Source: the human T2T-CHM13v2.0 reference genome, Homo sapiens. Taken from it: a stretch of DNA of 64,000 nucleotides. Location: the NCBI RefSeq assembly GCF_009914755.1, contig NC_060926.1; one strand, given 5' to 3'. Every line of letters begins with the position of its first letter. Positions within the stretch are counted from its first letter, which is position 1. Position numbers and translations under genes: made by a program. The notes beneath the pieces were generated by a model. It made no database searches. It was not told the origin of the DNA and worked only from the letters and a program-made list of their open reading frames with translations. Below, piece by piece: positions 20,420 to 35,227 of the stretch.

Positions 20420-23149
20420 TTTTTTTTTTTTTTTTAACTTGGCAGCAACTTGTTTAATCCAGTATGTAAATGAAGTATACAAAATGTTCTATCTATGCCC
20501 ATCATCTACACACATTGTTAATGATATCACAGCATATCAAACATTTAATGGCATGGCTGTACTTAGTGGAAAGATGTACTAATAAGGTAAAAATTATAAA
20601 TAAAATCATTATTTTTAGAACTCGGAGTCCTTTGAAAGCTGAAGTGTGATGTCAATAAGTCATCTAACTCCATGCCAAGCTTAGTATCTGCCAAATCATT
20701 TATGTCTCATTTCCATGGCAGCACTTTATTTCTTTAAGACTTGGAACCACAGATGGCACATCTGTTTTCTTGAACGGTATCATTAATTTATTTGATTTAT
20801 GAATGCTAATTATATGTTTCTGAATGCATCAAATCTATCAGCATTTGCAATGGTCTCTTTGATAAGCACATGGTAAAGAGGAACTATGCCAGGCAATACC
20901 CTTCAGGACCTGCTCTTCTCTTAGCAAAGTGAAGCAGTATAATAGTCTAATATGTAATATACACTGATATACACTTTTAAGTAGTAATTCACAACCAGGG
21001 AACATCACGAAATGAAAGCAAGAGTTTTAGTTGGTTCATGCAGCCATCTGAAATAACTGCATAAATGAGAATATAGTGAATTCTATTATTCATGAATCAT
21101 TTATTATTACATGTAGTTATGATTCCAGAAGCCCTTACTCCAAGTTAGATGGAGCCTATATTTTTTTATACATCAAACTTGGCAAACAGTAATTATAGCT
21201 GCAAAAACAGCCATCTCTACACTTCAGTGACAAAAATGGAGAGAAGTCTCCTTCAATCAGTCACAATTGTGTCCTTGAATGGCAACAGTGACAACAGCAT
21301 CACTATCAGTTATGAAGGGCAAGCTATAATTACTATTAACTATGAAGTTCATAATTTCTGAAGAAATGTTAAGAAGATGCTAATTTCCAAATTAAGGTTG
21401 TGATGCAGAATTAAGTGTAAATATTCTTTCATTATAGTAGCTAACATTTATATATCAAGTCCTAAGTGCTTCATTATTAATTTGTCTTTCCAATAACCTT
21501 AGGTTAGGTTGAGAAAGTATCCATGTTGTCTGTGTTTTACAGATCTGAAGACGAAGGATCAGAGAAGTTTAGTAATTTGTGAGAGGCTATATGTTGGATA
21601 AGTGGCAGAGATGAGCCTTAAGCCCGAAACTAAATCTCATATGCTTTCCTTTTCTAACTATACTGTTTACCAGATGTTGGGATGTTAAACTTTCATCCTT
21701 CTTCCTTTTGGGTCCAACACATTCTCTTATTTGTCCATAAGAATCACCTGCTGCCCTTGATTAGAATGCAGATCCCTAGGTCTCCACCCCGCAGACGTCT
21801 GTGCGTGGAGTGTGGTAGTTGTGGGGGCTGCATAACCAGCATCTTACATAATTCAATTAAGATGATCTGACTTGTGGAATTAAACTAAAACCCACCCACA
21901 GGAGAACCAACAGATGCTATTTATTCAGAGTTTGCTGTAGAAGGGAGTCCCACTCACCATCACTTTGTCAGAGGCTCAAAGGTGGGGCAGACGAGTGGGA
22001 AAGCTTTATAGAAGTGAAGAAAAGCCCCCGGTATGCTCTGATTGGAAGTTGTTGGCATGGGAAAGCTGCAGGTGGGCTACTAGAAGCGGGGGTATTTTAT
22101 GTGATGGGTTTGCGGAACATATTTGGCTTTCTCTGGTTGGTGCAGAGGTGGAACTAGGGGTAAAAATAGGGAAGTTGCACTTTGGAAGTCCCAGGCAGGA
22201 AGATCGCTTGAGTCCAGGAGTTTGAGACCAGCCTGGGCAACATAGTGAGACCCTGTCATGAAAAAATATTTAAAAATTTTCAAAAATTGCACATCTGTAG
22301 TCGTAGGTACTTGGGAGGTTGAGGCAGAGGATCTCTTGAGACCAGGAGATCGAGGCTGCAGTGAGCTAAGATCGTGCGACTACATTCCAGGCTGGGCAAC
22401 ATAGCAAGACCCTGTCTCAAAAAAGAAAAAAAATAGGGAAATTGCCAGTCGTTGACTACTTCCTGACTGTTCTGGTTCAGCTGCTACCAAGGTTGTGGTC
22501 TGGCTTCCTGGGCTTCTTATGTGGTTCAGAGTTCTGTTGTCACATACTATCTGGCCATTCATGTATATTGCGTTTCTGAGACCATACTCTGGGAAACACA
22601 TGGTCCTCTGGTGGTGGTGAAGGTCCCTGTGAGCTAGGGACCATCTGTCAACACTCTTATCACTACTAGTGTCTATCCCTATCAGGCACTAGAAGCACTT
22701 AATAAAATCTTGCGAATGAATGAATGAATGATATACAAAAATATTTGATACTGGCTTTAGTTGGAACAAGAAAATGAACTTTGTGTACCACATAGACATC
22801 TGTGACTAGAGTGGCCGTCACCAGAAAGGCTGCTCCTTCCAGCTGCTATGCTCTAAATACAATAACCTGAATCTTAGCACGACTGGACTTCGCCTGGACT
22901 TCGCCTTGGCCCCGGCTGCCCAAAGTTTCTCTCAAAGCTTCAGCTTAACCCCTGATGTGCTCACCAGCACCAAGGCGCCCTCCTGAGTGCTTTGCTGGGG
23001 GTGGGATGGCGTTTGTGGGAAAGGCCGGCTACTTCTGGCATTTCAACGGCGCCTCCAATCCCTGACCTTTAGTTGTGCCCCATTCTCTCCACTCTTTCCC
23101 CCTTCTCTGTCCTCACGATTGAGTCTGGGCTGGCGAAGCCTACTGAGGG

Positions 23150-24310
23150 AGGGGAGTGTACACACATGCACACGCGCGCGCGCGCACACACACACACACA
23201 CTCATATATGGTGTTATTAATAATTCAGGACTCAGAGTTTATCTAAGAGAAGACGCTCGACCGGGTGTGAGAGAGCGCGCGGGACAGAGAGCGAGCCAAG
23301 GAAGGGGAAGGCGGCGGCGCGCGCTGTCTCCTGGGGAAGCAGTCCCACCTGCTGTGGGGGGCGCCGCTGGGGAGGGGCCGAGCCGCGCTCACGCCTGCAC
23401 GCCCCGCCCCGCTCGCCGCACGGCCCGGCGACGGGGGAGTTCCCGCGAGTGGCCTCGCGCCCAGACCGTGCGGGGGGCTGTTCGGGTGGAGGCGGGGGAG
23501 CCGCCGGGACACCAAAATAGGAGCTGCTTGTGGGGTGGAGCGGCACTAGCTGGCGGCTTCCGAGCGCCTCTTCCAAAGATGGTCAGAGGGGCCGGAGGCG
23601 TCCCCGCTCCCGCTCGCTACTAGCCCGCGGGCCAGCGCCGCGTCCCGAGCCCCGGCGGGAGGTAGGTGCGGTGCGGACCCGCAGCCCGAGGCCGGCCTGC
23701 TGGGAGCGAGCGGGGCCGGGCGCGGGGAGCGGGGCCGGGCGCGGGCAGCGGGGCCGGGCGCGGGCAGCGAGGCCGCGCGGGAGAGGAGCGCAGACAATGG
23801 CCGCGCGGGCGCCGGGCCGGGCCGAACGCGTTGCGCTGGGGCTGCCTGCGGCGTCCTTCCCACACCTGCGCGGAGCGCCGGGCAGAGGGACGCGGGCACC
23901 GGGCCCGCGGGCGGCACGCGGCGCCCTCGAGTCCAGCCCCGCTCCTGGCCCCGGGGCGGGGCGGTCTCCGGGCGGGAACGTGGGCCGGGGCCCAGGCGCG
24001 GGGCGCGCGGAAACCCCTGCGGCGGGCGCGGGGGAGGGGGCGCGGGCTGCAAGGGCTGCGCCGAGCTGCCTTCCTTTCTCTCCTTCCTTAAGCGAAAGGG
24101 CTCAGGATTTCCCTTTTCCGAGACCTCTTCTTGTCCATTTATATTTCCATCATCCCTTTCTTGGCATTTCGATGTGATTTGAAAGGGAGACGAGCTTGGG
24201 GAAAAGGTTGAATTGGGGCCGAGCCGAGACAGCTGAGGTCCGGCCTCGAGTGGGGTGACCCTCGGACACTTGCCTTGCCTAGTGTGGGATCTCATCTCCG
24301 AACGCCAGGC
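23150..24310 (+). promoter_or_regulatory. KLHL23: CpG island promoter of KLHL23
   Basis: Very high GC and CpG density, GC boxes, CArG box CCAAAATAGG 23512-23521, directly upstream of the first coding exon. Confidence 0.9.
23420..23661 (+). other. KLHL23: KLHL23 non-coding exon 1 (start approximate)
   Basis: Donor GAG|GTAGGT at 23661/23662 inside the CpG island; acceptor TTGCAG|CCATG at 24586/24587. Confidence 0.7.
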
Positions 24311-24588
24311 CAGGGTAGATTGCGGTGAATGGAATAGCAAATCAGTACTCTCAAAAGGACTACTGAAAAATCCAGGAGCCTCATTTCAAGCTCCGAGCTA
24401 CCCTGAATTTAAATTGACCACCATATAAATGATCAAACAGTCCATCCACATTTTGCATTTATTATTTAGATGCTGAACTTAGTCCAGTTTTGGAGTATAT
24501 CCGATGATAGTCAAGTTATTTAGCGTTGATTATTTGAGAGAATGTGCAACATTGAAAACACATTTGTTATTTCATATTTATTGCAGCC

Positions 24589-25801
24589 ATGGCTCTAAAA
24601 GGACAAGAAGATTATATTTATCTTTTCAAGGATTCAACACATCCAGTGGATTTTCTGGATGCATTCAGAACATTTTACTTGGATGGATTATTTACTGATA
24701 TTACTCTTCAGTGTCCTTCAGGCATAATTTTCCATTGTCACCGAGCCGTTTTAGCTGCTTGCAGCAATTATTTTAAGGCAATGTTCACAGCTGACATGAA
24801 AGAAAAATTTAAAAATAAAATAAAACTCTCTGGCATCCACCATGATATTCTGGAAGGCCTTGTAAATTATGCATACACTTCCCAAATTGAAATAACTAAA
24901 AGAAATGTTCAAAGCCTGCTTGAGGCAGCGGATCTGCTACAGTTCCTTTCAGTAAAGAAGGCTTGTGAGCGGTTTTTGGTAAGGCACTTGGATATTGATA
25001 ATTGTATTGGAATGCACTCCTTTGCAGAATTTCATGTGTGTCCAGAACTAGAGAAGGAATCTCGAAGAATTCTATGTTCAAAGTTTAAGGAAGTGTGGCA
25101 ACAAGAAGAATTTCTGGAAATCAGCCTTGAAAAGTTTCTCTTTATCTTGTCCAGAAAGAATCTCAGTGTTTGGAAAGAAGAAGCTATCATAGAGCCAGTT
25201 ATTAAGTGGACTGCTCATGATGTAGAAAATCGAATTGAATGCCTCTATAATCTACTGAGCTATATCAACATTGATATAGATCCAGTGTACTTAAAAACAG
25301 CCTTAGGCCTTCAAAGAAGCTGCCTGCTCACCGAAAATAAGATCCGCTCCCTAATATACAATGCCTTGAATCCCATGCATAAAGAGATTTCCCAGAGGTC
25401 CACAGCCACAATGTATATAATTGGAGGCTATTACTGGCATCCTTTATCAGAGGTTCACATATGGGATCCTTTGACAAATGTTTGGATTCAGGGAGCAGAA
25501 ATACCAGATTATACCAGGGAGAGCTATGGTGTTACATGTTTAGGACCCAACATTTATGTAACTGGGGGCTACAGGACGGATAACATAGAAGCTCTTGACA
25601 CAGTGTGGATCTATAACAGTGAAAGTGATGAATGGACAGAAGGTTTGCCAATGCTCAATGCCAGGTATTACCACTGTGCAGTCACCTTGGGTGGCTGTGT
25701 CTATGCTTTAGGTGGTTACAGAAAAGGGGCTCCAGCAGAAGAGGCTGAGTTCTATGATCCTTTAAAAGAGAAGTGGATTCCTATTGCAAACATGATTAAA
25801 G
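24589..25801 (+). CDS. KLHL23: Kelch-like protein 23, first coding exon (BTB, BACK, first Kelch repeats)
   Basis: MALKGQEDYIY...; BTB motif HRAVLAACSNYFKAMF; Kelch GG motifs; donor AAAG|GTAAGT at 25801. Confidence 0.97.
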
Positions 25802-27109
25802 GTAAGTGGAGATTATGTTTATTTTGTATTTTTTAGATGTCTGGAGCTAGGCCAGCAGTCTCACTTCTCTTGAATTTATCACTTTGGGATGCTATCTAGG
25901 AACTATAGTTAATTATACAAATAATGCTACACAGAATGTTCCAGATAAAAACAGTATAGCATAGTTCCCAACTTGTCTGAGAGTTATGAGAATTTATATT
26001 CAAGTCAAGGGCTAGATGAAGAGACAAATCTGGACAGTTTTTCATTTTTTCATGTTCTTAAAATTGAACCCTTTAAAATTCTGCTATTCAACTTTTTCCT
26101 CTCAAAATACGCTGATCAGCTCTCAAGAGGTCCTTCATTAAAACCTTGGAAGGTTTGGTCCCTACAGGATGTAACAAAGTACATTCTTCCAGGAACTAGA
26201 GACAACGTCTGCTTTTGCAATTCAGTCCTCTCTGAGAGGGGCAGACACCATACTGTCCCTCATGTGGCCCACAGAACCCGGCACACCCCTGGGTCTCAGT
26301 ATCTGTCTGATAAACACTATTTTCTGCTGTGTTTGGCGATTTGTTTGCCTTGCTCTACTTCTCTCCCACTGGAAAAAAAGTTAAACGGGAATCTTATTTC
26401 ATTGTATTTATTCATTGGTGCTGAGGAGTTGTACAAAAACAACTGGTAGGTCGTTACCAAATTTGTATCATTTTGTCCCAAATGTTTCTTCCCAGGCTTT
26501 TCTGTTTCTTTTTTAATGCTAGTGAGAGTGTGGGAATTTGACCTGGTCTGGAAATCTGACCTGGTATGATCCTTGGATGACAGGCAGGAAGCTGAGAGGC
26601 AGAACAGTCTTGGGATCAGGCACGCTGCCTCTGAAGCTAAACTGCCTGCGTCCAGATCCCTGCTTTCCTCTTACTTGCTGATGAGCTCTGGCAAATTGTT
26701 TAATCACCCTGTGCCCCCGTTTTGTCATCTGTATAATGGGGATGACAATATTACCTAGTCTCGGATCATTGAGAGGATTAAATTAATCTATGCTTGTGAA
26801 GTGCCTAGAACAGTGTCTGACACAGAGTAAGCATGCTATAAATGTTACGCATGATTGTCCTGAATGTCGGTATTGAAGGACATGTCAGCTCTTATAGAGC
26901 AGAAATTGATTTCATGTGAAGTTGTGACCACTGTCACACCAGGGTGGGAGAAGGTAGCAGAAAGCCCGGTGCTGTTGCTCCCCTGGTTTTTGTCTTTGCC
27001 TGAGTCTCACCACTACTTGCCGATTCCAGGAGGGCTCTGAATGTCCTGACCCCTCTTCTGCAAAAGAAATAAGAAAAGTCCATATATTTAAGGAGCTATT
27101 GTAAACTAG

Positions 27110-27544
<435 letters not shown>

Positions 27545-27854
27545 TAGAACAGTGCTTGTTGAAAAAAGATATGCTGCGATGGTGTATCTACTGTGAAACA
27601 AAAGCCATATGCATGCTTGCGTTAACCTTGAGTGGAGTAGGAGACCCTCATACCTCAAAGTCCTCCCTCACCTGCTAACTGGGTCTGAAATTCCAGTTTT
27701 ATACTTTGAACTCAAAGCTTTGATTCTTGTTTATATCTAGTCATCCCAGGGAGAGGTAACACTGCCAGTTATGTACAGTTTTGACTACTGCTTGTTTTGG
27801 TGGGTGGACTCATACAGAACTTTTTTTAAACAATTTTTTAAATTTTATTTTTAA

Positions 27855-27992
<138 letters not shown>

Positions 27993-28359
27993 TGAACTTT
28001 TAGATTCCCATTTTTTGGTAGAAAGGATAACATTTTTTTCAATTCGTTTTATTTTGTAGCCTTGAAGTGAAATAGCAGCTTTCTCTGGTAATAAACTTAA
28101 TTTGGGTATAGTCAAATTTAAAATTTATTACCTTTTTTTGGTCCTGGACCCAAATTAAGTTCACTAATGTACAGAGAATAAATAAATACTTGGCTGTTTA
28201 GGAACTCCTGAATCTTTATTTTTTTCCGTCATAACTGCTCTACTTATAAATCCACTTTTATTTTGGAATAGAAAGGAACAAGAAGATTGAACCGTATCAT
28301 GCAAAATGGTGCTAGGTAAAAGTTAGTGGAAAGACGAAACCAACATTTTCAACTAAAAT

Positions 28360-28770
28360 GATCCTCATCATCTTTCTTCCTTTCTTCATCTTCCTTCCTT
28401 TCTTCATCTTCCCTCCAAACCTATTTCCTCCCCCTCCTCCCCCTCCCCCCTCCTCCCCCTTCCCCTCCCCCTCCTCCCCCTCTCCCCCTCCTCCTCCCCC
28501 TCTCCCCCTCCTCCTCCCCCTCCTCCCTCTCCTCCCCCTCCTCCTCCCCCTCCTCCCTGTCCTCCCCCTTCCCCTCCCCCTCCCCCTCCTCCCCCTCTCC
28601 CCCTCCTCCCCCCTCCCCCTCCTCCCCCTCCCCCTCCTCCCCCCTCCCTCTCCTCCCCCTGCTCCCCTCCCCTTCCCCTCCCCCATCTCCTCTCCCTCCT
28701 TCTGCCTTCTTCTTCCTCCTCCTCCTTCCCCTCCCTCTCCTTCCCCTCCTCGACTTCCCCCACCCCTCCT
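28360..28770. repeat. C/T-rich low-complexity polypyrimidine tract
   Basis: About 400 bp of (CCT)n/(CCCCT)n-like sequence with few purines on the + strand. Confidence 0.95.
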
Positions 28771-29385
28771 TGTTTTGGCATCAGTGATTCCAGTTTTTCC
28801 AGCTCAGGACCTCAAAATCGGTTTGGTTTGCCTCTGCGTCAGTCAGTCATCAAGACCTGTGTGTTTTACCTGTCTCTTTCCTCTATGCTCTTCCCTCCAT
28901 ACCCAAAGCCCCTTCAAAATCAGGCCCTCGAGACCGCCCACCCTGGCCAGTAACTAGATCTTTCTGGTACCTGTTCTTCCTTTGTTAGTTGCTCTATTCC
29001 TCTGTTTAAAAACCTTTAAAATCTGGCTGAATTAAATCCAGATTCTTTGTTGGGCATCAGTAAGTATCCTTTGCTACATGGCTTCAACTTACCATGCCAG
29101 CCTTAAAGTCCCATGCAACAACCCTCAATGTGCCACCTGCCCTGGTCAAACTGGGCTACTTAACATTGTCCAGTAAGCCTTTGCACTGGCTTTTCCCTCT
29201 GTCTAGAATGGCCTCCTCTCATCTATACTTGCCAACTTCCTACCATCACCCAGGTCAAATTCCACCACCACCTGCTGTGATTTCCCTCGTCAAATGCAGT
29301 GTTTTCTTGCCCTGACCATGCCCAGCAGTTCATCTGTCCCTTTTTTCATGGTGTTTCTTCCATTTTATATCTAGTGTTCTAATTA

Positions 29386-30434
29386 CAGCCATGTGCCACT
29401 TAACAATGGGGATATGTTCTGAGAAATGTGTGATTAGGCAATTTTGTCATGTGAACGTTATACTTAAACAACAGGCTATACCATACTAATTCTACAGCCT
29501 AATACACACCTAGGCTGTGTGGTATAGCCTGTTACTCCTAGGCTTCAGACCTGTACAGCATGTTACTATACTGAATATTCTAAGCAGTATAACACAATGG
29601 TAAGTCTTTGTGTATCTAAACATAGAAACAGTACAGTAAAAATACAGCATAAAAGATAAAAATGGTAGACCTATTTGGGGCACTTACCATGAATGGAGCT
29701 TGCAGGACTGGAAGTTGTTCTGGTTGAGTCGGTGAGTAAGTGGGGAGGGATTGTGAAGGCCTAGGACATTACTGTACACTACTGTAGACTTTTTACTTTT
29801 TTTGAGACAGGGTCTTGCTCTGACACGTACGCTGGACTGCGGTGATGTAAACATAGCTCACTGCAGCCTTGACCTCCTGAGATCAAGCAATCCTCCCACC
29901 TCAGCCTCCCGAGTAGCTGGGACTACAGGCACATGCTATCACACGTGGCTACTTTTTTATTTTTTGTAGAGATGTGGTCTCACTTTGTAGTCCAAGCTGG
30001 TCTCAAACTCCTCCTGGGCTCAAGTGATCCCCTGCCTCAGCCTCCTAAACTTCTGGAATTACAGGCATTACTGTAGACTTTATATAGCTTATAAAAATAC
30101 TTTCTTTTTATCCTTATTCTATAAGCTTTTTTTTTTTTTGAGACGGAGTCTCGCTCTGTCACCCAGGCTGGAGTGCAGTGGCACTGTCTTGGCTCACTGC
30201 AAGCTCAGTCTCCTGGGTTCACGCCATTCTCCTGCCTCAGCCTCCCGAGTAGCTAGGACTACAGGCGCCCACCACCACGCCCTGCTAATTTTTTGTATTT
30301 TTAGTAGAGACGGGGTTTCACCGTGTTAGCCAGGATGGTCTCAATCTCCTGACCTCGTGATCCACCCACCTTGACCTCCCAAAGTGCTGGGATTACAGGC
30401 GTGAGCCACTGCGCCCGGCCTCTATAAGCTTTTT

Positions 30435-30480
<46 letters not shown>

Positions 30481-30873
30481 CTTATTTATTGATTTTTTTA
30501 CTCGTTAAACTTTTTTGTTAAAAAAGTAAGACACAGACATACACATTAGCTGAGGCCTATACAGGGTCAGGATCATCAATGTCAGAGTCATCAATATCAC
30601 TGTCTTCCACCTCCACATCTTGTCCCACTTGCAGGCTTTCAAGGGCAATAACAGGCATAGAGCTATCCTCTCCTATGATAATAATGCCTTCTTCTGGAAT
30701 ACCTCTTGAAGGACCTGCCAGAGGCGTAGATTTATTTACACCAGCATCACCAGAAACACATGAGAATGCTTTATGCCATGTCTTTAAAACAGCTACCACA
30801 GTATCACTAGGTGATAGGACATTTTCCACTCCATTATAATTTTATGGAGATCATTGTGCGTGGTGCATGGCTG
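29386..30873 (-). mobile_element. Tigger3 (Golem)-like DNA transposon with two Alu insertions and (AT)n
   Basis: TIRs CAGCCATGTGCCAC / GTGGTGCATGGCTG; ORF 30557-30829 resembles the acidic Tigger3 C-terminus; Alus at about 29797-30070 and 30126-30420. Confidence 0.8.
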
Positions 30874-31071
30874 TGTTTGTGTGCACGTCTCACCCTCTCT
30901 TAAGAGCACAAAGAGCCTTCCTTTTTTATTCTTTTGTCCCTTATAGCACTTAGCACAGTACCTTGCATTTTACCATCAGTAATAACAAAAACAACAATAA
31001 ATTTAGCCCAGTGTTCACTGCAAAAAAGAACAAAAGATCAATCTAAAGATGTGATTTTAATTAATACGTAG

Positions 31072-31224
31072 GTGTGGGAAATGCTACTGCCTGTGTCTTA
31101 CATGATGTTATCTACGTCATTGGTGGCCACTGTGGCTACAGAGGAAGCTGCACCTATGACAAAGTTCAGAGCTACAATTCCGATATCAACGAATGGAGCC
31201 TCATCACCTCCAGTCCACATCCAG
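31072..31224 (+). CDS. KLHL23: KLHL23 second coding exon (one Kelch repeat)
   Basis: AG|GT...CAG|GTAACA; encodes VGNATACVLHDVIYVIGGHCGYRG...EWSLITSSPHP; phase 1-1, 153 nt. Confidence 0.96.
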
Positions 31225-34200
31225 GTAACAAAAATACTGTCTCAAATAGTGTATGTTGTGATGTAGTTTAGTAGCATAAAGGATGGCTAAAAATGGACTG
31301 GAAATAGAAAATGCTGATTTTATTGTAGACTACACATGGGTAGAATTAAAAGTCTCAAAATATTCATATATGTCCATCTAACAATAATCACAATGAGATT
31401 CTGATTGGGTCACATCTACAAATATTTTCCCTGATGTCTTTATACAATGCACATTGTAAGTCTGTGTGGTCAAAAATATTAGCGTCTTTAAAATTTTTTT
31501 CCTTTATGTGCCATCTTTCATTTATGACATTAATTATATAAAATACAATGTTCATAAGTAGTTGAAAAGCACCATTCTATCAAATAGTCAGAAAGGGTAC
31601 CCAGTGATTGAAGTTCAGCTAGAAATTGTTTCCTGTTTTAGAAGCATGTTCTTTCTAGGTTTCACTTACTATTAAGCACTCACTCCTACAATGTGCAGAG
31701 CCATATGTTGGCCTTACCTTAACACTCATACAGGGAACATGCTGTCTGCCCATAAGGAATGGCCTACCTTCTTGGATGTCTTCTGTTCTTTGACTTGTGT
31801 CTTTGTGAAGAGCTCAGAGGGAAGCACAAGTTTTAGTCTGTTTCAGTTATGCCATAGGTTTAAGTTGTTTTCATTAGGAAAGATTCATATCATCGTACCA
31901 CCATGTTACCTTGAATCATTTTCCATAGAGCATCAGGCTTCCATGTGGGTCAGTGGAGGGGGTAGTGGAAATTCACAAGCTGGAACCATCTGAGAGGACT
32001 AGTAATACTTACCATAGATCAGGCACTGGCTAAGCACTTCATATGTGTATTACCTCAGATTCTCACTACAAGTCTGTGAGCAGGTATTGTTTGTCACCAT
32101 TTTACATATTTGGAAATGGAGGCTTAGAAACAATAAGTAACTTTTCCAAGGTCACAGTTTCACAGTTTGAAAGTGGTAGACCAGGGTTCAAAATCTGACA
32201 GTCTGATTCCATAACTTGTGCTGTAGCCACTAAACAATCTGTCTCTCCTTCAGGGAGCAGACTCTCCTGCTTTCAACCAAGGCAGCTACTTCCAGCCCAT
32301 ACATCATCTATCCCATATGATGGTTAATCTGAAGCACACCTAAATCTGGTGCTGCATCTCCATATGCCCAGGCTTTGCATGAGAAGGAACTTTAGCCCCA
32401 GGCTTCCCTGGCTGCAAAGACACCATGGAATGGGTAAACTTCTCCCTCCTAGTAGCCCAAATGGACCATCCCAGACTCCCCACCACTTTCTGCTGTGATC
32501 AGTGAAGTTATAATGGAAAGGAATAGTAACAACTCACAGTGAGAAATAGTTAGCATTTATTCAGTCAGTGTGTGGCAGGCACAAACTATTCCAGTAATTT
32601 TACATGTATAATCTGTTTAAACCTCAAAATAATTCCATGAGCTAGGTACTGTTTTTATCACATTTTATAGGACACTGAGGGTCAAAGAGATTATATAAAT
32701 TGCCCAAGGTTAGCCAGCTAGTGCTTATTAGAACTGAGGTTCAAACCTAGACAGACTGGCTTGAACTTCACTATTATCTCACCTGAACCTCATGTTACCC
32801 TTAGAAGTTAGATGTTACTCTGCCTATTTTGTGGATAAGCTTATCTTTACAAAGAAAATCCGATACCTGAAAAGTCAGAATTCACAAATTAGAGGGCAGT
32901 TATTTATATTATAAATTTAATGTATATGTCATTAAGAGTTTCCCTCAAAAATAAGTTTTCCATAACAGATTTCATATAGCTTATTAACTACATGAAAAAG
33001 AGTCTGAGAGACAGTGTCACTTTGGACTTAATCCAAAGTATTAATAAGTCATGGCAAATTGAAAATCCAAAATAAATGTTAAATTATAATATAAATCAAT
33101 GGTAACATAATATGCATCCACATGTAGTTTTGATTTACATTGAACTTTTTCCTGATGAAACATAAAAAACAGATTTTAAATCAGTACCTTGCATGATGTG
33201 TTCTGTTTAGCTTTCACAGTCCTTAAAATATTTTTGAACTGGCTTGTTACCAATATTTAAAATTTAAGAGAATTTCAAGTAAAAATCATTATTTCTGTCC
33301 TTTAAAAGAAAAGGGAAGACCTAGCAGCCTTGGATGTATTCCTTCTAGGCAGCAGTCACGGGAGCCAGGGGGTAGCTGTTCCCCTAAATGAGGCTTGTGT
33401 GCTCCGTTTCACCACAGTCCTTCCAATTCTCCTCACGTCACTGACCTAGGGGGCCTGTGCCGTTGTTTTTCTTGCTCCCAGCTGGCTTTGCTCAGCTAGT
33501 CTGTTAAATCCTTAAGCTCTTGAAGGCTGTGCATCTGCATCCACTGAATTATAGCAAGGTTTGTTTCTTAAGGATTTTAGCAGTGCCTCCTGAGGAATTA
33601 AAATGTCATCCTTGAGTTGACTTCATAGAGATACATTGCTTACACTGAGAAGAAATGACTACTATTATTTTTTAAAGATAATATAAGTATTATATTTTAT
33701 CTTAACCCCTTTAATGGGGTAGTTTGTGTAATTGGAAAACATGGGACTATAGTTGCATTTAATTCAAGGTGACATTTATTGAGACCCTACATTGGAAAAG
33801 GTAGGATTCTGATAATTATGTAAGATGATTAAGTGTTAGTCTTTACTGCCGTAGGAGCTCAGAATCCAGGAGCAAATATACATACATAATGGAAATACAG
33901 GACAGTCTCTGCTAAGTTCTGTAAAAACAAGTGCTATTGAAATTGAGAATAAAAAGAGTGTAAGTCTAATTAAGGGAAATCTGACTATCTTAGAATGCTT
34001 CCAACGGTAGGTGGTTATGAGCTGGGCCTTAAAGAATGGCCCCAAATAAGGAAGGTAGTTTTTGAGGAAGGGTTTTTCTGGCAAGAAGTCAGCCCAGTGG
34101 AGGAAGGTGGAAAGGAAAGTTTCAGGTGTATTCCATTACCTGGGAGCAGACATGAATGAATGGAATGTAAGAGGGTAGAATGGGAGATCGGATGGGAGAG

Positions 34201-34249
34201 TTCAGTTGGAGAGCATGTCATGGAGAGCTTTGAATGGCAGTCTGGGTAA

Positions 34250-35227
<978 letters not shown>

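Noticed and set aside
23156-24340. Long Arg/Gly/Pro/Ala-rich ORFs up to 264 aa
   Set aside because: Stop codons are rare in CpG islands; no recognisable domain
25802-25836. C-terminal KWRLCLFCIF of the 415-aa ORF
   Set aside because: Read-through past the GTAAGT donor; the true CDS continues at 31072
25973-26449. 158-aa intronic ORF on the + strand
   Set aside because: TTG start, no domain, no clear splice boundaries
28312-28957. Pro/Leu-rich and Gly/Arg/Glu-rich ORFs
   Set aside because: Translations of a low-complexity C/T tract, with no exon structure or domain
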